DNA from: a virus
Virus record (IMG/VR): IMGVR_UViG_3300024262_000015
Coordinates: 1 to 64,000 of that record
DNA: 64,000 nt
Reading direction: 5' to 3' (one strand)
Positions within the stretch are counted from its first letter, which is position 1, and each line of letters begins with the position of its first letter. Below are positions 56,736 through 64,000 of the stretch, piece by piece. The translations under genes and the position numbers were made by a program. A model generated the notes under the pieces. The model had not been told where the DNA came from, did no database searches, and worked only from the letters and a program-made list of their open reading frames with translations.

Positions 56736-59700
56736 ACTTGGTGAAGCTCAAGAAATTAATCCGGCCTTTAAAAATGCTGATGAATTAGACCCTAATGCAG
56801 TTGAGGGCTCTACTGCCCAATATTTTAAGTCTTTTGGTGAAGGGAAAAGAATAGCCCCTAAAGCAAAAGATTTTCTTTATTTTACAGCCGTTATGATGCA
56901 TGCGGCCGAAGCTAGTTTGCTTGACGATCTTGGTACTTTTAAATGTGGTACAGACGGAAAGCCTTTAACTTCATATTGGGATAAAGGCGGGAACTCTTGG
57001 AAATGGGTTTGTTCTGATACTAACATCAAGCCTCTCAAAAATAATAATTGCTTCCCGCCTGGTACAAAAATATTGCTTGCTAATGGCTCTTCCAAAAATA
57101 TAGAAGATATTCAAGTAGGCGATGAGGTAATTACTCATAAAGGGCGCCCGCGAAAAGTACTAGAAACCTTTGTTACAGAGCATGATGGAGAGCTTTTAGA
57201 GTTAAAAATTAAAAACAATATATCTCTTTTTTGTACTTCAGAGCATCCATTTTATAATGTAGATTTTGATAATTTTAAAACCCAACGTCGTGGTTTAAAG
57301 CCCTTAACAGATAGGAAACGAAAAACCAACGGTGATTTTCAACCCACCTTTAAATTTACTCCTGCATCAAACTTGCAAGAAGGCGATCTATTAACATCTC
57401 CCCGTATTCATTTACACAAAGAAGCAAAAGATTTAAATCCTAATAGAGCTTTATTGTTAGGATATTTTGCTGCAGAAGGTTCTTTTTCTAAAAAATACGG
57501 TAAACGCCAATCGGCTGTCTTTACTTTAGGTATTACTGAAGAGGCAATTGCTGATACAATTAAAAATATTTTTGCCGAAGAGTTTCCAGAATGTTCAGTA
57601 CTTGTTACTCCCGAACCTTCTAGATCTGTAATTAGAATAACCGCTACAGGTCAAAATATAGCTGAGTATTTTTATCACTATGTAGGAGAATATTCAGATA
57701 GAAAGGTTCTCCATGAAAACCTTTGTTTCTCCTCTGATGAAAATAAAAAAGCTTTTCTCACTGGCTGGCTAGATGGAGATGGTTGTCTTTCTGATAATAA
57801 CAAGCTGGTAGGGATCACCACATCACCAGATCTTGCTTTTCAAGTACGTACCATTCTTCATTCATTAGGTATAAATAACTCCTTACGCCGCAATCTATCT
57901 CCCGGTAAAGTAACAATAAATAAACTTTATGGAGAATATGATGCAAAAGACCATTACAGAATTGAAATTTATGGAAATGGTTGGAAAGAAATTGGACTAG
58001 AAAAAACTAGTTCAAAATATGATTTTAGTTCTACAAAACTTTGTCAAGAAAGAAACTCCTTTACTCCCGATTATGGCCTTCATTATTTAAGAAAAATAAA
58101 TCGGATTCCATTTTCTGGGAAAGTTTATAATTTTGAGGTAGAAGAAGATCATTCATATTTGGCTGATAGCATCGCCGTACATAACTGTGATATATTTCCT
58201 GAAGAAGAATTGCTTCGAGCCCATAAAAAGTGGGTAGGAAAACCTTTGTGTTTAGACCACAAAAGCTCTTCGGTAGAAATGGTCCGAGGTATTATTGTAG
58301 ATACTTATTATGACCAAAAACATAAAAGAGTAGTTGGTCTTTGTGCTTTAGATAAAAAAAATTATCCTGATTTAGCTCGTCAAGTAGAGGCCGGATATTG
58401 CAATTCCGTCTCCATGGGCACCGCAGTAGGAAGAGCAATCTGTACTGATTGTGGGCGGGTAGCAAAGAGTGAACAAGAGCTTTGCGGCCACATGAAATCC
58501 AAAAGCTGTTACGGCGAAATCAATGTGGACCTAAATCCAATTGAGCTTTCTATAGTAGTTAATGGTGCAGATCCAAAAGCAAAAATTAAGCATATTATTG
58601 CAAGTCAATTAAGACAAGCCGAAAATCTGGACGCTGCACTAGCCGAAAAGATTTCTCAGGGCAAAGAAATTGATGATACAGAGCTAAAGGAGTTAAGGGA
58701 AGGATTACAGAGTTTGACCGATAAAGTTTCATCATTATTAGGAGATGAGCCTACTGATGAACAAAAACTTTATAATACAACAATCGGACCAACCAGATCT
58801 GTATCTTATATGACATCTCCTCAGGTAGAGCCAGCAGGCACCCTCGGAACAGTCATGAAATTTCCCGAACCTTTCCCAACGTATGCATCTCAAGTTACCA
58901 AGCATGAACTTACAGGACTTAAAAAGAAAATGGCTAAACTCCAAGGGAACTACCAAAAGCTAACAAACCAAGTTAAGGAATCAGAAATGTCGCAGCACAA
59001 AAAGGCTTACTTTCAGGGTGGGGGAGGCGTAAATGAGCCAGAACCCAATAAACAAGGACTACGGTATCCCAATACGGTAGATGCAAACTACATTCGGGAT
59101 CACGAAGATAAACAAATGGTGGGCCGTCCCCCGTTTCCCGGAGTAGGGCCTATTGATGGTCTTTATGGTGGAGGCCAGGAGCTAGAGCTTAAAAATCATC
59201 TCCAGCGTTTAGCGTCAGAAATTGAAGATCGAAAACTGCGCCGTGAAGCAGCCGCCAAACAAGCTGACAACAAACAGGCCTATTATCAAGGCGGCGGTGG
59301 TGTAAACGAGCCCGAGCCTAATAAGCCCGGCCTGCGTTATCCAAATACCGTGGACTACGAGTATATTCGAGACCATGAAGATAAACAAATGGTTGGGGCT
59401 CCTCCCTTTCCTGGAGTTGGCAACATTGATGGTCTTTACCCAGGCGATTTGCAACTAAAAGAAAAACTTCTTCGAGCAGAACTTAGTGCGCGTTTCATTA
59501 AAGCCTCTCTTCCTGATGGTAGTGCAGATCAAGGCGGCTCTCGATGGGATGTATACGCAAAGAGTGATGACAAGGATCATCTTATCCTAAGTGCTACGGT
59601 TAACGAGATCACAAAGGGAAATGCGACTTCTCTTTTTGAAACCGTTGCTACCCGCGACTTTGGTAAAAATCTAATCACTCAAATTCGTCGAGACGGCTTT

Positions 59701-61482
59701 GAGACAACGGCCGCGCGAATTAAACAAGCTCAGCCTGCTCCGGTTCAAGCTCCCGCTTTGGGACCATTGCCGGGACAAGCAGCCGGTCAGTTCCAGCCTC
59801 CTCCTGCGCCCCCTGCACCTGCTGGGCCGCCGGTAGGAGCTATGCCTGGAATGGATCCTGGTGCCATGGTCGGAATGGAAGGTCTAGAGGTTATTGAAGA
59901 GCCTCTAGCGGCTGGAGTTCCGGAAGAAACTATTGATCAATTAGCTTCAGAGGTTCGTGGGCTTGCTGAACAAACCGCACGTCGAGCATCAGATCTTGAA
60001 GAAGGAGTCATGGCTCTTACTGGTGAGGCTCCTGCTCTAGAAGAGGTGCCCCGTGCTGGTGAAGAGGAATTCCTGGAGGCAGAGGTTGGTCTGGAGCAGC
60101 CCACTGTGGCCTCGCTTCAAAGCATGCGCAAATCTCTTCATCATTGGATCCGTGAAGGAATGGAAGATGGAATTTCCCGGCTTAACAATCATACAAAAGA
60201 ACTGGAGATTGCATACAAAGTAGCTCGTAATAATTCTTCAGACTTTACCCCTCAAACCGGTCGTCATTTTGTTGGCCTAGTAAAAGAGGCTCTGGAGTCT
60301 GCTCATCGTTCTTTGGAGAGCACTGCTGATATCCAAGATGCGTTTAAAAAATATGCACATGGAACGGCTGGCCTTTTAAAGAGAGTAAAACAAGCTGCAG
60401 ACGTAGCCGAGGAGGAGATTCAAACCATGGACAAATATTCCGATGAACGGGATGCGCTTCTAATCGCTATCGCCGCAAAAAAGAAAAAGACCACAAAAAA
60501 GAAAGCGCCGTCTAAAAAGGGTAAATTGCCCCCTTGGCTTCAAAAGGATAAAAAAGATCTTGATGCCCAGGAACACGATGAAGATGGTGGCGAAGATGAT
60601 GCCGCTGATGGGCGATGTGGAGATAAAAACAGCGCTGCAATGAAACTAGAACTAGGACCTGATGCTCTAAAGGGTGCCAAGGTTACTACAGCCGCTCAGC
60701 TTGCTGCTCGTTATGACCTACAAACCAAAGAAGGTCGTGCCGCTTTCCGCTCTAAGTGTGCTCAAACTGGCATCAAATGGGCTCCGATTCTAGACGCCGC
60801 TCATCCCGATGGCTCTGCAGAACTTGAGTTCAAATTCCCTCATTCAACCATGAAAGGGGTAATGAACGATATCCGTGAGACTCATAAGAGAATGATGGAT
60901 GTTGTTGAAACCGAACCTAAATATGATCGTGACTCAGCACATGACGAAGGTGGAGATCGTAATACGGTATACGCCGCCAGTGATGCCCGAGATATTCATA
61001 AGATGGTTTCAGAAGGACGCCTTGATGCTTCAGAGGTAGATGGGTTGGCCGCTTTTGGTGTCGATCAAGAGGCCATTAATTACTATAAGAATTACTGGGC
61101 AGAAGCTGGGGATTCCGAAGCTACTGAGTTTGCTAAGCAACTAGTAGAAAATTATACGTCAGATAAGACCGCTCAAGATAACCAGGCAACGGAAGCTCGC
61201 CTAAAGAGAGCGTATGATTTGGCTTATGAAATGCGTGATAAAAGCATTATCGATAAAGAACAAATCCCAAATCAAGTTAAAGAAATCTTGTCTTGGAATG
61301 ATGAAGGTTACGAAAGTGTCAAGAAGATTGTTGCCAAACAATCAACCGGACAAACAAAAAATGCCATGCCTCAAGTGGGCTTTATGGACTCAGAAAAACT
61401 TATGCTTCCAACCCAAGAGGCTCCGCAAACCAGCGATCTAAAAGATTTGCTTAGCCAGTGTTTCGCCAATCGTCGCTACTAA
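56725..61482 (+). CDS. Prohead protease fused to a long scaffold-like region (intein-containing)
   Basis: After splicing: NNN-CDIF.EEEL...GKPLCLDH...RGIIVD...VSMG...CTDC...CGH...IELSIV..GADP (PH/assemblin-fold protease with His and Ser), then ~850 aa of repeats and coiled coils. Confidence 0.85.
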   Translation: MLIKLGEAQEINPAFKNADELDPNAVEGSTAQYFKSFGEGKRIAPKAKDFLYFTAVMMHAAEASLLDDLGTFKCGTDGKPLTSYWDKGGNSWKWVCSDTNIKPLKNNNCFPPGTKILLANGSSKNIEDIQVGDEVITHKGRPRKVLETFVTEHDGELLELKIKNNISLFCTSEHPFYNVDFDNFKTQRRGLKPLTDRKRKTNGDFQPTFKFTPASNLQEGDLLTSPRIHLHKEAKDLNPNRALLLGYFAAEGSFSKKYGKRQSAVFTLGITEEAIADTIKNIFAEEFPECSVLVTPEPSRSVIRITATGQNIAEYFYHYVGEYSDRKVLHENLCFSSDENKKAFLTGWLDGDGCLSDNNKLVGITTSPDLAFQVRTILHSLGINNSLRRNLSPGKVTINKLYGEYDAKDHYRIEIYGNGWKEIGLEKTSSKYDFSSTKLCQERNSFTPDYGLHYLRKINRIPFSGKVYNFEVEEDHSYLADSIAVHNCDIFPEEELLRAHKKWVGKPLCLDHKSSSVEMVRGIIVDTYYDQKHKRVVGLCALDKKNYPDLARQVEAGYCNSVSMGTAVGRAICTDCGRVAKSEQELCGHMKSKSCYGEINVDLNPIELSIVVNGADPKAKIKHIIASQLRQAENLDAALAEKISQGKEIDDTELKELREGLQSLTDKVSSLLGDEPTDEQKLYNTTIGPTRSVSYMTSPQVEPAGTLGTVMKFPEPFPTYASQVTKHELTGLKKKMAKLQGNYQKLTNQVKESEMSQHKKAYFQGGGGVNEPEPNKQGLRYPNTVDANYIRDHEDKQMVGRPPFPGVGPIDGLYGGGQELELKNHLQRLASEIEDRKLRREAAAKQADNKQAYYQGGGGVNEPEPNKPGLRYPNTVDYEYIRDHEDKQMVGAPPFPGVGNIDGLYPGDLQLKEKLLRAELSARFIKASLPDGSADQGGSRWDVYAKSDDKDHLILSATVNEITKGNATSLFETVATRDFGKNLITQIRRDGFETTAARIKQAQPAPVQAPALGPLPGQAAGQFQPPPAPPAPAGPPVGAMPGMDPGAMVGMEGLEVIEEPLAAGVPEETIDQLASEVRGLAEQTARRASDLEEGVMALTGEAPALEEVPRAGEEEFLEAEVGLEQPTVASLQSMRKSLHHWIREGMEDGISRLNNHTKELEIAYKVARNNSSDFTPQTGRHFVGLVKEALESAHRSLESTADIQDAFKKYAHGTAGLLKRVKQAADVAEEEIQTMDKYSDERDALLIAIAAKKKKTTKKKAPSKKGKLPPWLQKDKKDLDAQEHDEDGGEDDAADGRCGDKNSAAMKLELGPDALKGAKVTTAAQLAARYDLQTKEGRAAFRSKCAQTGIKWAPILDAAHPDGSAELEFKFPHSTMKGVMNDIRETHKRMMDVVETEPKYDRDSAHDEGGDRNTVYAASDARDIHKMVSEGRLDASEVDGLAAFGVDQEAINYYKNYWAEAGDSEATEFAKQLVENYTSDKTAQDNQATEARLKRAYDLAYEMRDKSIIDKEQIPNQVKEILSWNDEGYESVKKIVAKQSTGQTKNAMPQVGFMDSEKLMLPTQEAPQTSDLKDLLSQCFANRRY
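57049..58185 (+). mobile_element. Intein (379 aa) with LAGLIDADG endonuclease
   Basis: N|CFPPGTKI (A), CTSEHPF (B), LLGYFAAEG and GWLDGDG, KVYNFEVEEDHSY...VHN|C. Confidence 0.96.
58999..59445 (+). repeat. Two ~58-aa internal repeats in the protease/scaffold
   Basis: KKAYFQGGGGVNEPEPNKQGLRYPNTVD...DGLYGG (58999-59172) and KQAYYQGGGGVNEPEPNKPGLRYPNTVD...DGLYPG (59272-59445). Confidence 0.95.
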
Positions 61483-61502
61483 AAGAAGAAAAGGTCTCAA
61501 AA

Positions 61503-63710
61503 ATGTTCAGTGATAACGGTGATCAATACGCCGCCGAAATGGCCAAACTACTAGCCGCTCCCGAAACCCAAGCTCTGTTTGCTGCAGCACGTCGAAAAAC
61601 TGCCTCAGATACAGGACTAGGGAGGCTAAGTTTCGATAAAGTACTAAGCCACTTTATCACTGTAGCTGATTGGTGTGCTGACAATAAGCATGTGAGTCTT
61701 GCAAAGCGTCTTCTAACTCTAGGTATGAGCTTAGATAAAGAACACAGCGGAGCAAAAGACAGACATAAAGAAGCAGCCAGCTTTTTATCAGTAGCCAATG
61801 AACTAGACCGCCCTCTTAAGATTAGCTCTCTAAATGAAGCCGTTTACTGCATAGAAAAGTGTGCAGAATGGCTAGACGAATATACTCCAAATAAACTTGG
61901 AGCATATTCTGAAGAACTAGGCAAAATAGTTTCACTCGCTAAAATCGCCCAAGAAGTAGCAGAAGAAGAGATTTCCCTAACTCCCGATTCAGTCTTAATT
62001 GAAGAGGAGGTTATCACTGGCGACCCCGAAAAGGGCAGCGCTGACGCTCTCTATGGGGTTTTGTATCAAATGGCCCAGTACGCACACAAAAGGGGTCATA
62101 GCAATATTGGTGATAAAATAATTGATATTGCTAATGATTATGCAGACACTCAAGAAATGGATGATACTCAAAAGAAAATGATCCAGAAAGACTCGGCAAC
62201 AGTAGATAATGAAGAGGAATTTATGTCTGCTGCAGCAAAAGTTACTACAAAGATGCCTCTTGAAAGCGCTCATTTGCTTGATCACCATGATATGACCACT
62301 GGTAAAACAACTAACTCTTTAGCTACTTGGACCAAAGAAATGACTGGTAAAGACCTTTCAAACTCTGATGATCAAAACTGGCTTATGGCCTTTGAAGAAC
62401 TAGATGAAGAGGAAGAAGGTATGGATGACGATGGTGAAGAAGAGATGAGCTTTAGCGAAGAAGAGATGAGCTTTGGAGATGAGGATGAGGATGAGGACGA
62501 TGAAGATACCCTCAAGATTGAAGTCGAAGAAATCTCTGATGACCGCGCAAATATTGTTTTTGTAGGTGGCGGACGCTCTCTTCCTTATGAGTTAGATAAA
62601 GACGATGCTATGGGTCTTGCTGCTGCTCTTTGTGAAACCTTTGGAATGGACACAGGTCTTTTTGAGGGCGATGGTGAAGGCGATGAGACAGTAGACTATG
62701 ATCAAGAAGACTATGAAGGCGATAATGTCGTATCTATTAGTCTTATGGAAGAAGACGAAGATGACGAAGATGACGAAGTAGTAGAGCTAGACATGGAAGA
62801 GGCTGGAGGAGAAGGTGTTGCCGGAGCCCTCTCAGCTATCCTAAAAGAAGTTGGCGCTTCCGATAGGCTTCGAGAAAACCTCTATTCTTACGGTGCTAAA
62901 GAGAAAGAGAAAAAGAAGAAGAAGCCTAAAGCTAAAGATCGAGGGTATGTAGTTTTCAAAGCTACCGACAATGATGTAAATGATAACAAAAACCATTTCC
63001 CTCTTAACTCTGCTGGCCAAGCTCGCTCTGCCTTAAGCTATGCTAACGTTTATAAGAAATCTCCCCCTTGGTATGATGGTAGTCTTAAAAGCCTCCTAAA
63101 GAAGGTCGCAGATGCCGTAAAACGCCGCTCTAAGGAAAAAGGCTGGGGTATCGAGGTTAGCCCAGCGTCCTATAAACCTGGGGCTGCTAAAAAAAAAGGT
63201 AGCTTAAGCAATTATGGGCTAAGAAAAAGAGCAGAAGATGAAGATGATGAGCGTGATTCTATCCAAAAAGCTAAAGATAAAGAAGAAAGCTTAACTTTTG
63301 ATGAACGAAGAGAGAGGATGTGGAACGAAAGAGTTAGTGCTGGTAAATACCACCAATTATTCCAAGATTTAGATGCTGAAATTGTTACTCTTGCAAATCT
63401 TGGAGACGTTTTCGAAGGCAGGAGTGATAAATTTGTAACAAAAAAAAATATAAATCAAATAAGGGCGGCTGTAGACAAATCTAATGGGCGACTTTGGGAC
63501 TACTTTTATACAATTCTTCCTGGCCATCATAAAACTATCGGAACTCCAACGTGGCTTTTCTATAATTTAATGCCCAAAGAATTGAATCTTACTTACGATC
63601 ACGACAAACGTATGAAAGGCTTTTTAGAAAAAGCCATAGCAGTTATACAAAAAAACATTAATGAAAATGTTGAACTCTTAGAGAAAGAAGAAATAGCTTC
63701 TCTCTCTTAG
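61503..63710 (+). CDS. Acidic multidomain head-region protein with DUF6582-like domain
   Basis: RKTAS, AKIAQ, RKRAE; long D/E tracts; RGYVVF...D.KNHFPL.S..QARSALSY. Confidence 0.7.
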   Translation: MFSDNGDQYAAEMAKLLAAPETQALFAAARRKTASDTGLGRLSFDKVLSHFITVADWCADNKHVSLAKRLLTLGMSLDKEHSGAKDRHKEAASFLSVANELDRPLKISSLNEAVYCIEKCAEWLDEYTPNKLGAYSEELGKIVSLAKIAQEVAEEEISLTPDSVLIEEEVITGDPEKGSADALYGVLYQMAQYAHKRGHSNIGDKIIDIANDYADTQEMDDTQKKMIQKDSATVDNEEEFMSAAAKVTTKMPLESAHLLDHHDMTTGKTTNSLATWTKEMTGKDLSNSDDQNWLMAFEELDEEEEGMDDDGEEEMSFSEEEMSFGDEDEDEDDEDTLKIEVEEISDDRANIVFVGGGRSLPYELDKDDAMGLAAALCETFGMDTGLFEGDGEGDETVDYDQEDYEGDNVVSISLMEEDEDDEDDEVVELDMEEAGGEGVAGALSAILKEVGASDRLRENLYSYGAKEKEKKKKKPKAKDRGYVVFKATDNDVNDNKNHFPLNSAGQARSALSYANVYKKSPPWYDGSLKSLLKKVADAVKRRSKEKGWGIEVSPASYKPGAAKKKGSLSNYGLRKRAEDEDDERDSIQKAKDKEESLTFDERRERMWNERVSAGKYHQLFQDLDAEIVTLANLGDVFEGRSDKFVTKKNINQIRAAVDKSNGRLWDYFYTILPGHHKTIGTPTWLFYNLMPKELNLTYDHDKRMKGFLEKAIAVIQKNINENVELLEKEEIASLS

Positions 63711-63744
63711 TTCCTAAAGGGGCGATTGAAGGACCAAAAGTCAA

Positions 63745-64000
63745 ATGATAAAACGCGCTGCCAACATTTCCCCTTTTGAAAAGCTTTGGCTCACCAAGAT
63801 GGGCGATGAAGCGGTAACTCAAATTGACGAAGGAGGGGGATCCGAAGCAGTGACCCAAATTGATGAAGGGACTTTTCCATCAGTTTTGGAAGAGTATAAA
63901 TGGCAAGAAACCGCTACCCATAATCCTGAGCTTCCTGAGCACACACAAGGCCAGCGTATAGCAAAAAAGTTTCGTACCCTCCTTCGCGATACAATGACCC
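63745..64000 (+). CDS. Head-region protein, runs off the window edge
   Basis: Not on the track. MIKRAANISPFEKLWLTKMG..., EAVTQIDEG x2, open to the end of the window. Confidence 0.65.
   Translation, partial: MIKRAANISPFEKLWLTKMGDEAVTQIDEGGGSEAVTQIDEGTFPSVLEEYKWQETATHNPELPEHTQGQRIAKKFRTLLRDTMT

Noticed and set aside
1110-63858. Short minus-strand and nested alternative-frame ORFs on the track (e.g. 1110-1514, 35104-35514, 49997-50281, 52703-52918)
   Set aside because: Shadow ORFs overlapping well-supported + strand genes or mirroring tandem repeats; no recognisable motifs.
1-64000. Bacterial chromosome or prophage interpretation (topA, dnaE, recA, tig, dnaJ, rpsU)
   Set aside because: The genes are divergent, lack bacterial operon context, and are contiguous with TerL, portal and prohead protease; no integrase or att site was seen.
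1-64000. Stop-codon reassignment, as in some jumbo phages
   Set aside because: Conserved enzymes are full length in code 11, and TAA, TAG and TGA all end genes that are followed by new RBS/starts.
32981-64000. Major capsid protein call for any head-region ORF
   Set aside because: No HK97-fold signature was recognisable by eye; the MCP probably lies downstream of the window.

Overview
This 64-kb window is AT-rich, densely coding, almost entirely on the + strand, and uses the standard genetic code. It reads as part of a large lytic tailed-phage (probably jumbo-phage) genome rather than a bacterial chromosome. About 1.2-32.9 kb holds DNA replication/recombination genes (TopA, dUTPase, SbcCD, dNMP kinase, PD-(D/E)XK nuclease, DnaE, UvsY-like, RecA/UvsX, gp32-like SSB, RuvC, a primase split into two genes) interspersed with host-like translation and folding genes (bS21, peptide deformylase-SEC-C, thioredoxin, trigger factor, DnaJ). 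A stand-alone sigma region-4 gene marks the switch to a head-morphogenesis region (~33-64 kb). That region contains TerL, an intein-containing portal, an intein-containing prohead protease/scaffold, large low-complexity internal proteins, a CCA/PAP-like nucleotidyltransferase, a lysozyme-like domain and a PTP + ART-like fusion. The most notable unannotated signal is a recurrent (hydrophobic)-K-x-A-[Q/S/Y/E/A] motif at N-termini and domain junctions of most head-region proteins. It suggests an Ala-specific, assemblin-like virion maturation/targeting code. All calls come from motif recognition by eye; no database searches were run. No tRNA, rRNA, CRISPR array or integrase was seen.
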